A DNA stretch of 62,177 nucleotides, counting the filler, from Jimgerdemannia flammicorona (lineage: Eukaryota): assembly GCA_003990765.1 (NCBI GenBank). It is 3 parts of 3 records of this genome, joined end to end, with 100 filler letters (N's around TTAATTAATTAA, not from the genome) between each part and the next. Parts side by side here need not be neighbours in the genome. Positions count along the whole stretch, not along the records: positions 1 to 20,661 come from RBNJ01001624.1; positions 20,762 to 41,421 come from RBNJ01001625.1; 1 more part is not named here. The stretch is one strand, 5' to 3'. The notes beneath the pieces are model-generated. The model worked only from the letters and a program-made list of their open reading frames with translations. It had not been told where the DNA came from and did not search any database. Below, in pieces: positions 12,554 through 23,800 of this stretch (positions are counted from its first letter, which is position 1; each line of letters begins with the position of its first letter). The position numbers were made by a program, and so were the translations under genes.

Positions 12554-14871
12554 AGTTGACTAAATATATTTAATAAACATTTCTATTCTGACGGAATACC
12601 TCAATAGTTAGCCAACTTGTACTATCCAACATCCATTGTACCGTCTAGCATCCATCGCACTGTCATTATTATATGGGACTCTCAGCTTTCGAAAAATGTG
12701 TCATGCAGGGAAAGCTGACCATTAAATAGTCATTCGGTGCTAAAGTTTCGATCGTTTCGTCGTAGTATTTTTTCATGTAAATTTGTACATATTCATATGG
12801 ACGACTGTAAATCCTGATGCTGAAAATGTAATTTCGAGGTTTCGTTATGGCGAAATGCACTGCCTTAACATTGAGCACCGTTGCTTTCACGTACAGCCAT
12901 AGTATATATTCCCGTCTTCGACCCGACTTGGCTTACTTTGAAAGACATTCTTCCGCTGGGCCCAACCAATTATTCCCTCCCATAATTTGGTCTGGTATGC
13001 AAATCGTTGATATTTATAATGTCCCATGTGAATATAACTTAACATTATGTATAAATCTATATTCGTGATCATTTCGCATTGGCATTGCCAATGGATCTGT
13101 TTATCCGCTGTTACGTTTTGCAGAGATTATTACACGCCAAAGATAAAGATAATAATAAAGGTTTGGAGATTCCAAGCCCCAGATTTCGGAATTCCGTGAA
13201 TTGAGGGCCTCTCCCTCACATAGTACCAATAGCCTCCTGGCCTTTTCGCGTAGGGTTTTCGGAAGGCCTCTAGAACTACCTCCCGAATTTCGGCGAGGCC
13301 CCCAAAACCCCTGCGGAGACCCTAGAACGTCGTTTTAATTTCCTGATGTCGGCATCTTTATTATTCGAGCTCACCAACAAGCCAGTAGCTCCCACATGCC
13401 CCACATACGGCATGGGTCAAGCATTTTGGGTCCACCAGTTCGCCTGCCTCCCCTGCCATAAGCTTCCTACCCGCTCCAAACTCACACTCACGGCCAGCGA
13501 TTTCGTCTGTAAGGCTTCGACCGTAGATTCTCCAGATGCCTACGTCAATGTCTACGTCATCATGTTCGTGTGGTTGATTTACAATCCCATCACTTGGCCA
13601 ATCAGCATCAAGCTTGATGTTGAAAAAATTGCTCCATCCACTCGCCATCCCCATCCCACGAAAACGCCCGATCTATAAAAACCCACTGTCCTTCAACTCA
13701 TTTTTCGTTGCTAGAGTACTTCTCTCAAAACAATGTTGCTGAAAGGCATAGAAAACTTGTTTGTTGTTACAATGTAACCTTTATAGGTTTATTGTTATGA
13801 ACTTGTAATCTATAATGAACAAATGTAAAATTATAAACCTAAGGGTTTAACAGCTTGTTCGTTGACATTGGGTTTGGGGCTCTGCTCCTCGACAATAGCG
13901 TTACGCAGGTTGGATTTTATATCTAAAACCCTTAGCGTTATTATCGGGCGAATTTATAAAGAAAAAAAACCAAAAGAATAAATTTTTAAATCGGACGCGC
14001 CAAACACGTGTTTAAGCTCCAAGGACCGTTAATGTCAAAGCACATTCGTGATCTTCCACTATTCTCATCGTAGACGGCTCTTCGATCTACATACACTACT
14101 CAGCCTCTTTTACGGCCGGTTTCTGTAATGCTGTGGTGCTGGCTTTCGTCATTCTCAGGTAGTCTTTCTCCGTCGTTAGTAATGCGCTTGTCGGTTGCTA
14201 TCACCATCGACTAGTCGACGTTTGAAATCGCGTTTATCCCAGGCTGATTGTTGCTGTCGTGCAAGAGGTACTCTATCAACACTAGAGAAGATGCGTTGGT
14301 TTGCGAGTCGTGTGGGTTGCAGACCACCGGGGTTGGTGGTGTGAATGTAGATTTGTGGCTCGTGTGAATGTGGGTTTGTGGCTCGCGTGGTTGTGGGTTT
14401 ATGGCTCGCGTGGATACGGAACATAATATAACGAATTCGATATTCACCTCCTGCTCCTCCCTCTTCCTCCTCCCCAAATACACGCGCAGAACGAGGAGAC
14501 TCTCACGTCATATGGTGAAGACGCTTCCGCAGCGCTTATTGCCGATATCGTCATCATCCTGCAGCTCATGAACCTCGAAGTCTACCTTGACCTCCGTATG
14601 CTCAAAGCTTATGGGGCCCATTCAGACGACGTGCTGTATATGCTGCCCGAACCCTGCATGCCGCCCGAACTCTGGTCATGCAGGAGGAATTTATCAGAGG
14701 GTTGAGAGAGGAATGTGAGAGGAAGGTTAGGTTCATTTCTGTTTTTTGTACGATTGGTGGGTAGTCGTGTCTAGGCGGTTATGGTTTCGGAATGTGAACC
14801 TCTATGCTCATAATTGCGAACGTATACAATCTCTTAGATTATCCTTCATTTTCCCCCCATTATTCTATCAG

Positions 14872-15596
14872 GACATCCCGACGGCCCAATTCACGGATGA
14901 CCAGCTCCACTCCCTCAGCGGCGCGGTCTCCCGCATCGAGTACCTCAACGCCATTACGAGCAGCTCGAAGAGGGTGACGTTGAAGATGAGCAGGCCGTGC
15001 AGTTCATCGGCAGTCTCGTCGATAAGAGGTTCGAGGAGGAGGAACAAGTGCGGTTTTAGATTCGCTTTTGTTTGGCGCGTTGCATTTGTGGGGTTCTGGT
15101 TGCTAATGGATTTTCAACCCTCCTCAGATGGTCGTTTCATGCATCAACACTCTTCGCCAGTATCTCATGTGGAGGTGCCGTGCCATCCAGCCTGGGGAGT
15201 CGGGGCCACGACAGGCTGTCGAGAAGCTCAAGGAGCTCAAGGAGCGCCGTGACTGGGCTCTCGATAATTTCACCAAACTCACCGTCGGAGCGGGGTCTGG
15301 TTCGCAGAGAGCGGTGGGGGGTTTTTTTTTTTTTCTTTTCGTCATCGCGGTGGGGAGGTCAGAATCGGATAACTGACATGTTTGTGGGCACCCTCCTTGT
15401 CTTCATATTCTCAGGCATTCAGGACCCTCGGCGATACCTAGTGGTTCCTCTCGAACGACCTGTTCCGGTCGCCCGACTCACCAACATTCGGCAGCTGTGC
15501 TTGACCTGCCTAATGGACACGCAGGAGCGGTGTATATACGAGGCCGAGACAGAAAGGTTTGAGGCGGGTGAGGGGCGAACCGGAGGAGAGCAATGA
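14872..15596 (+). pseudogene. Probable internal fragment of cohesin subunit Scc3/STAG (three exon remnants)
   Basis: Segments after AG acceptors at 14871, 15127 and 15414 read DDQLHSLSGAVSRIEYL, VVSCINTLRQYLMW..LKELKERRD and AFRTLGDT*WFLSNDL. These resemble consecutive STAG helices from memory. A stop and a frameshift are present. Confidence 0.5.
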
Positions 15597-16980
15597 GTGG
15601 AGGAATAGCGTGATGGACATCATGGTCATCACCAACACCCAGCGCATCTGGGGCACTGTATAACATCATCGTGTTTGTCGACCTCACGGTCGCCATCACA
15701 TTCGATCTGGGCGGCAGGCTCTACTTCCAGCGCATCAACACCCTTTACTGTCACCCTTGCGGTGACTGCGGTCACCAACGTCACGCTACTCTCGACTGTC
15801 GTCCTTCACCAGCTCCCAGAGACCACCGCGGAGGGAACAGCGTTAAACGTAATGTGCATCGCTTGGCCACTTGTGAAGATTGGTGGAAATCCTGAGACAC
15901 ACTCGGGGGGTAGTGGCTGTGGGAGTCTGGTGAGTGATAACACATGCACCAAAAAAATGGTTGCGGTAAATTTGAATCCGTAATTAACATGAATATGTAT
16001 TGACAGGTACCTCGCGCTGCTCGGGCTGTCCGGCCTTGTGACCTCGGCGCCGAGCTTGGAGGCGAGCACTGGGTAGGCCGCGGCAGCCAGGGTTTTCGGG
16101 AATTGAATGTTCGTTGTTTGTATACCCTCAAAAAGCAATGTTCCAAAAGACCTTTTTTAGCTACGCACAGGCGTATTATCACCACGTCTATAGCTCGCAC
16201 GATTCGCTGATATCTCGGCTTCTGGATTTGGCAGATGGACCCGAATACCCGCTGACTTGATTGCAAATTAAATGTTGTAAACAGGCACTATGGAAAACAT
16301 CTACCAAAGCTCGTTCTTTGCTCATGAAAATATAGGGTTTTATTCATTTGATCTACTCACATATCTTATCTAATGGTCATACACACCATGTCCTACCGCC
16401 ACCTTCATTGGCCCTTGCCGTATGGAGACCCGCTCTTGCCATGCGGCCACTGTCCTTTGCCGTGAGCGTGCTCTCCCTTGCCCTGTCATAGGGTACTCAC
16501 CCTTACCCTTGCCATAGGGGTACTTGCTCTTGCCCTTGCGGTATTCACCCTTACCTTGCTGTAGGAGAGTATTCACCAGAGGTTTTCCTCGCCCTTGGCC
16601 TTGTCCTTTGCCTCGGCTTCAAAGCCCTCGGCCTCAACGTCGTAACCGTCCCCGAATGACGTGGTGTCGTGTGAAAAGTAGAAGGGGGGGCTGTCAGCAC
16701 CAGGGCTCGATGTGTGGCTACGGCGACATGTGTTCATTCGCCAACCGGCAAAACCGACCCACCGCGCGACGTGTTGGTTGAAATGTAGCTATGGCGAATC
16801 ACTGACTGGGAATCAAATCGATGTTCATCATAGTGGAGGTTTTTTTTTTTTTTTTTTTCCTCACCAATAAATTGAATGTGCAATGTAATTATCACCTCCA
16901 CACACCAATTGTATCTACGTATCCCGTGGACCAGCTCTTCCCCTCGACACTGGTCCTTTTCTTTACGCTCACCACTCTCG

Positions 16981-18823
16981 TCATTCCTCCTTCTTTTTCA
17001 CCAATGCCTCTATTGACACCACCCACTTCTCATCAAACAGAACCTTCTCCTTACTACGTTTTTCCACCAACTTCAGTTCTATCAGCTGCTCAATCACTCC
17101 TTTCACCCACTCCTCACTCCACCCAATGTCCCCCCGTTGTTTCGCGGCCTTCACCACCTGTTGTACAACGAGTGCCATCGCCGTCGGCAGCTCCATGTAC
17201 TCCGCCAGGTCGATCACGACGGGCACAATGTCCTCGGCGGGGGATGCCGGCTGTGGGAGAGAGCAGCGCAGGACGTCGGGGTCGAGTTCCGAAAGGAGTA
17301 TTTTCAGACTCTTGCAGGAAATCTGGTAGGTTTGGGCGAGGAATTCGACGTCCGAGATGTAGGGTTGGGGTGCCGAGATGGAGGGTTGGGGTGCCGAGAT
17401 GGAGGGTTGGGGTGCCGAGATGGAGGGTTGGGGTGCCGAGATGGAGGGTTGGGTTACCGAGATGGAGGGTTGGGGTACCGAGATGGAGGGTTGGGGTGCC
17501 GAGATGGAGGGTTGGGATGCCGAGATGGAGGGTTGGGGTGCCGAGATGGAGGGTTGGGATGCCGAGATGGAGGGTTGGGGTGCCGAGTCGCCCGAGGGTA
17601 AGGAGGGGGTGGATTTCGTAGGGAGGAGGCGGCCTTCGGCGACAAATTTGCGGAGGACGACGAGGATGCATTGAGTGAGATCAGGTTCGACCATGCTCTT
17701 TTGGAAGCGGGGGTAATTGGCGCGGAGGACTTGGAGGAGGGTTTGGATTGTTTTGGGCTGGAATTTCGCGTGTAGTTGGTGGAGCAGAAAATGCAATTAA
17801 ACGTGAGGGAATAATCTCCGAGTGAAAAAAGTGCAAAACAAACTATGGATGCTGAGTGCCCAAAGGACTTGCGTAAACAAGAAGAATCACATGACTTACT
17901 TGACGTCTAAACCTTTTCACCAAGAACTCCCACACGTCATTCATCTCCGTCACGTTGGTCATCGGAAACCTAATATTATATGGCACCCACTTGGTGTTCT
18001 CCCTCCCATGTAAGATATTAATAAAAATCTGCAGCCCCATAAAGGCATCCCGACTCGAATACTCCACGACCTCATCCGTCAACTCCCTCGCATCAAAATT
18101 CCACTTCAAAAGCTTCTTCCTTTCCTTTACGTCGACGGGCTTGATCAACACTCCCTCCTCCCCGCCCCAAATCTGGCTCATCTCCGCCAACGAGGACACA
18201 GGAAAGCCCTTGGCCCTAGCGAGCATCTCAATATCGATGGCGCCGCGGACGCGCACGCCGTATGAGGTCTCGAGATGCACGGCGTCGTCGGTGGCCTTGC
18301 AGCCGACCTTGAGGATAATCGAGGAGTTGAGGAGGGTGGCGAGGATTGGGGGGAAGAGCGTTCGGTCTCCATCCGTGATGCGGAAGATCTGGATCATAAA
18401 ACAGGCGTCCGGGGTGGCCAGCTGAATAAGCGAAATCATACCGGGGCTTTTCTTGCGGTAGACGGTCGTCTCGGTGTCGAAACCGAGAGCGATGGGGCGG
18501 GAGGCGCGGAGGATGTCGATGGCTCTGGAAGCTGTGATTGGATGGAACGACTGCGAGTATTGAATGGATGCGGCTGGGCATGAGCATTGCATACTATCAA
18601 GAGATCATGACTGACCTTCTGCAATGGTGAAAGGAATGTACACTGGCCTCTCACACCACGGCGCCCGTCTAATGCCTGCCGCTTCGAGCTGCTGAACCAG
18701 GAGAGACGGTGGCGGCCGGTTGTTTGTAGTTGATGTGGTTGCATATCGAGCAATTCTGCCGAGTGTACCAAACGGGAATTCATTACGAACAAAGTTGGAT
18801 CGTAATGTGATTATCCCTAGCAT
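16981..18823 (-). CDS. DEDDy 3'-5' exonuclease (WRN/EXD2-like domain); complement(join(16981..17757,17900..18531,18616..18823)), 538 aa
   Basis: ExoI LGFDTE, LIQLAT, ILKVG..DD and ExoIII YSSRDA. GT-AG introns 18532-18615 and 17758-17899 keep the frame open. Confidence 0.85.
17361..17587 (-). repeat. Coding 21-bp minisatellite, about 11 copies, encoding (APQPSIS)n
   Basis: GGGGTGCCGAGATGGAGGGTT tandem units within exon 3 of the exonuclease gene. Confidence 0.95.
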
Positions 18824-19686
18824 GATTTCGGATAGAGTAGAGAACTCGCGCGCTCAAGCCACCTTGCTGGCAAAGGCCGATCACATGACCACATCCGGTA
18901 TTTAATCACACCTTGTCAAACTTTCCCTGGCTTTTGCTACTGGCCACCCGTTAGTAGAGTGGCTCTGTCTCGTCATATTAGCTTTTGTAGAGCTCAGTCA
19001 GGCTGTTGCTATTGTCGGATGCTCTGATTCTCAAAGATCACCAGCACCCTTTGGTATAACGACTCCGCCTCGTCATACTTGCCCCTGGCTTTTATAAAGT
19101 CCAGCCAGATTGTTTGAGAGTTGCAAGTTGAGAGCATTTCCCGGGTGCCAGCTGTGGTACTTGCTTCAAGAAAATTCATTTATAAAGTCAATACCCAGGT
19201 ATATATAATTAAGAGGCGATCGATGATATCATAGCTCATTTCAATACGCCAGACCAAGACTATTTACAATACTTGATACTCTGTCTATATGTATCATATC
19301 ACAATAGAGGATTACTTATATATTTATCACAAGATGGCTCTATTATTGCCACTTATGTGAAGTTATAGACTAGTAGTCATCCAAGTCTCCAGCCAATTAG
19401 TATCACATGCACCAGATAGCCAGAAGAGTTATATATAACGACCGCCGGGGGAACCCATTTCGATCCACGAAATCACGGAGTAGGTAGTGTCCCGCTATTC
19501 AGATTTGCGAACCGCGACGAATTTTTTATTGAAAGAGCCGGCCTGAGCCGGTGCGCTCTAATGAATGAAGCCAGGGAAGGAGAGGCGGATAGCGGAATAG
19601 ATACAAACATCAAAGAAGGTACAAAAGAATAGGTGAAAAAAAAGAAAAAAATTATACAAGTATCAAAAGTATCAAACCAGTCACGA

Positions 19687-20589
19687 CTAAAACTTGAACT
19701 CCTTCCCTTTTTTCCCCTCCTTCTTAACCTCCTCGACCTTCTTCCTCTTCTTCGCCTGTTTATTGGCATGCTCCGCGACCATATCCGAGAAGTCCTCCTT
19801 AACACCCGCGGTAGCGCCCTCAACCCCCTGCATTTGCTGTTCTTCAAACTTCCTCCTAAGCGTCTCCTCATCTAGCCCCTCCAACTCGCTCGCATCCAGT
19901 GATATCTCAACACCTTCCCCAACAATTTTCCTCTTCGTCCCCGCCGCGCCCGACGGGCCGCCCTTCGCGCTCGACAGATCATACCCGTGCTGTGAACCCA
20001 TGAGCCCGGTGATGTTCCGCTGCACTTCGGGGATGACGGTATACAACTGCCGCGGAGTTTCGTCGGCATCGTCGGCACGCGCACGAGGGTCCTTACGCAG
20101 CTCGATGAAGTCCGGCGTCTCCAGTCCCGACGGGACGGTCGAGGCCACGGAGGCTATGCCCGAGGGTGTGACGAGACCTTCCTTAAGGGCCGCGTCCTCG
20201 ACCATAGGCTCGCCCTCGGATTCTTCCTCGGATTCCTCTTCGGATTCGGATTCTGGGGAAGATGAAGGTAGGCATTGTGTGAAGAGTCGGTCAGAGTAGG
20301 AACACGCGGATGAAGTCCATGGAGTAGCGAAAAACTATCACTCGACCCTCATGAAATATACCTTCTTCCTCGCTCTCCAGCTCGCCCCACAGTTTCCGCT
20401 CAATTGGCTGAATGATCTGCGTTATCGTAGCACAGGATTGTGGCAATAAGTGAGAAAAGATTTTTAAAGCTGCTGCTTCATATTCCCGTCGAAAAAGAAA
20501 CGATAGAAAACAAAATATATACCAACCTCTGGCGGAACCACATCCTGACCCATCATCCCAAATACGTCACCGTACAGTGGCCGATTATA
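19687..20589 (-). CDS. SF3B2: Splicing factor 3B subunit 2 (SAP145/Cus1), 3' part; exons 20527-20589, 20362-20416, 19687-20252; 5' end lost at the contig gap
   Basis: RPLYGDVFG, WGELESEEE, SGLETPDFIELRK, EDFSDMVAEHANKQAKKRK, C-terminal KEFKF; GT-AG introns in frame. Confidence 0.92.
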
Positions 20590-20661
20590 CTGTATTAAAA
20601 AAAAAAAAAAAAAAAACACAAAAAACCACCCACCACACACCCAACCCCCCCCCCACACCCC

Positions 20662-20761
20662 NNNNNNNNNNNNNNNNNNNNNNNNNNNNNNNNNNNNNNN
20701 NNNNNTTAATTAATTAANNNNNNNNNNNNNNNNNNNNNNNNNNNNNNNNNNNNNNNNNNNN
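20662..20761. other. Assembly gap/linker (N-run with TTAATTAATTAA)
   Basis: An identical 100-nt spacer recurs at 41422-41521. Confidence 0.97.
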
Positions 20762-20851
<90 letters not shown>

Positions 20852-20852
<1 letters not shown>

Positions 20853-23800
20853 CAACAGCAGCCACTACTAAAGATTCAAGAGGACCTCATGACAATGCTC
20901 ACCAAACAAATAAAAGACCTAGTCATTGTAGTTGCTCAGTTAAAGAACTAAGAAGAAAGATAATAAGATTATTATTAAGATAATAGATCAGACTACTGGC
21001 AATAAGACAACAGGAGTTCCACTCAGGCTCTACCAGCTGCAACTATGAGTTCACCAGCAACAGGTCTCTATACCCCAACTTGCTTCAACTGTAGAAACCA
21101 AGGTCATATTCAGAGATTTTGTCAGAAGAAACAAATCCTATCTAATGATCAAAATATCAATCTTATTTAAATAAATAAAGAGACTCAAGAAATAGAAGAA
21201 GAAACTACCTGGCTTCATGGTCAAGAGGATACCTATCTATACTATGAAGTCTTTCTCTCCAAGGTGACTTAGGATACAGCACCTGCATAGATCAGAAGAT
21301 GAGGAAGACCTCCAAAAACCCCACTTCTACCACTATTATCAATAACTATATTCACAGGCAAATATCCAAACATGGCCATTCCTTCTCAGATACTACTCAG
21401 AAAAATGACAAGAGAGTCAGAAGAGATACCTCTGAACCAGAAGCCAGTCCATCAAGAGTATCAAGAAGTACCTCTCTACCTGATCTTGAAGAAGATAAGT
21501 ACATGAGTGTAGAATCTTCAGCTGATGAAATGCTCAATAGAAATAAGAGGATTCACTCCAAGGAATCTAGATACCAAAGAAGTACTAAGCCCCATAAAGC
21601 AGTATTACTTTGGAAACATCTCTGTACTAAGAATGTACCAGAAGTTAGATGAAAATTCCTCAAAGAAGCCAAGGAAGATACCAAGAGACTTCCTGTCCAA
21701 GGATCATATACTCTGGAGCCCAGCACTATTTATGCAGTTCATGAACACTGGTACTAAGAACACCAATCCAAAAGTCTGGCTAATGGGAAAGTATATAGTA
21801 TAAATACTAGAATCCTTATTGATACTAGAGAAGTAGTCTGTATTATCACTCAGTAAATGATATAAAGAATTGGATGGAGAATTGATAAAGAAACCAAAGC
21901 AAGAGTTATTATAGCTGATAGATTAGCATCCACCCCCCTTAGACTAGTTAGAGATATACCTATTCAAGTTTGAAAAGCCTGCCTCAATATATTTCAAGTG
22001 TTGTAATCCTAGTGATCTCCTATAATTTGATTTTGGGAACTGATTGGTTGCACTAAGTTGGAGCCAATGTGGATATCAAAAAACAACTCCTGGTTTTTAT
22101 CTTCTTTGATCAAAAGTACAAGATACCAATTGAGTCAAAGGGATCACCAAGGAAAGCAGCTCAGGCCTCCAAGACAGAATAGCAAAGACATGGAGATATA
22201 TCTACTATTACAGAGGATGAAAGCAAAGCACATTTTCTACAAGAACTAGGAAGTGATTTTGATACCCCCAGAGACCCTGAAAGAAGTCAAGACCTTTTTA
22301 TTGGTATTATCAATACTAAAAGTCTGGAGTAAAGCATTCAATAGAATATCAGTAAAGAAGAAGTACTTGAATTTGTGAGACCATCTATATAACCACCACT
22401 ACCTTTGAAGGAAAACTGAATCATGCAAGCCTTCTGCCTAGATATGTGTGAACACTACAACTATTTTTATTCAAAGAGATAATTATAGCAACTACTGAAT
22501 TCTTGATCTCAAAAAGGCTTCAATGTTAGTAATTGAAGATAAGAATGAGTTAAAATGAGCCCCAGTCATTATATGAACATTATCACCCACTCCAAAGACT
22601 TTCAAGAAGACCTATAAGAAAGAATAGAAGATTCTCTCTCACCAACCTTTGGAGACTCTCACAATTGAAGACAAAAACAATAGCTCTTACACCATTACTC
22701 AGGCTCTACAGATCACTCTACCTACCTATTATAAATATCAAAAGAGATATCTAATAAGTAAGGAAATTAAACAGTGGAATGAGAAATTCATAAAGCAAGG
22801 ATACTGTAATTGTGAAAAGACCTTTATCTGTTATTGGTACAAATATTGAAGTGTTTATCTCAGTAAAGATACCTACAAGAGCTGAGTCAAGAGAAAGGAT
22901 CCCATCTTACAAGAACCTCAAATTTGCTGGGCCTGCCAAAAATGCAAAGAGATCAATTATGAAGGAAACTACAAAGCCAAGAACAAGACCTCTATCTGGG
23001 ATCTACTGCTAGAAATTCTTACCATCATTCATTGGTATTACCAGCTACATCAAGATAAACAAAGAGTCAATCTCACCTTCACTTTTATAGAAACCTTAGA
23101 CCCACTTAGAAGAACTGGATTCAATTATATAAGAAACTCAAAAACTGGAGTATATTGGCCATTCTTCAAGCCAGAATGTATGGAGTTCTCTCCTGCAGCA
23201 GCAACCACTGAGATATTATTTCTCAAGATCCAGCTAATTATTTAAGTCAAGCTATTGTTACCCTGGGCACAACCCCCTCTTATATAAACAGAAAGATCAG
23301 TAGGTTATGACCTCTGTCTCTCCTACCAGGCAATACTCCACTCTAGAACTACCAGGACCTTTGATCTTTAAATTACACTTGCTATACTATCTGGGCAACT
23401 AGTATCAAGATCATCTCTAGCAGCCAAAGAAATTACAGTAGAAGAAGGAGTCATTGATCAGAATTACTAAAGTTCTCTAAAGGTCATTATTTATAACAAT
23501 AGTAGGAACTACCAAGTCTTTAACCCCTTGGAAGCCATCTGTCAAATTCTCTTCATCAAGACATTACAATCTACTATTCAAGAGATAAACAGTTGGACAG
23601 CACTAGGAGAGGACAAGGAGATTTCAGAAGCACTAATAGAACTCTCTCACTACCATATATTGAAGTCTATATAGCAATAGTAGCACAGTTCCACCAAATG
23701 AAATACCACATCTACTGCTCTATCTAAGTAAGAGAAGATAACCTCCTTCAATCATATTAGCAAAAAGGCCTTGATATATATCTATCTGCAGATACTAACT

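Noticed and set aside
13150..13960. Short palindromic and AAACCCT-like motifs suggesting a MITE or telomeric seed
   Set aside because: No matched TIR pair, TSD or tandem telomere array could be established
14300..14415. Short degenerate GTGGCTCG(C/T)GTG tandem repeat of about 23 bp
   Set aside because: Only about three degenerate copies with no associated structure
17361..17587. Regular repeat resembling a CRISPR array
   Set aside because: Head-to-tail 21-bp units with no unique spacers, in frame within a eukaryotic exon
20706..20717. TTAATTAATTAA palindrome inside N-runs (also at 41466-41477)
   Set aside because: Artificial all-frame-stop contig linker; adjacency across it is not biological evidence
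20762..20851. Long poly(A) run
   Set aside because: Lies at a contig edge; may be a LINE tail, but its length and origin cannot be verified
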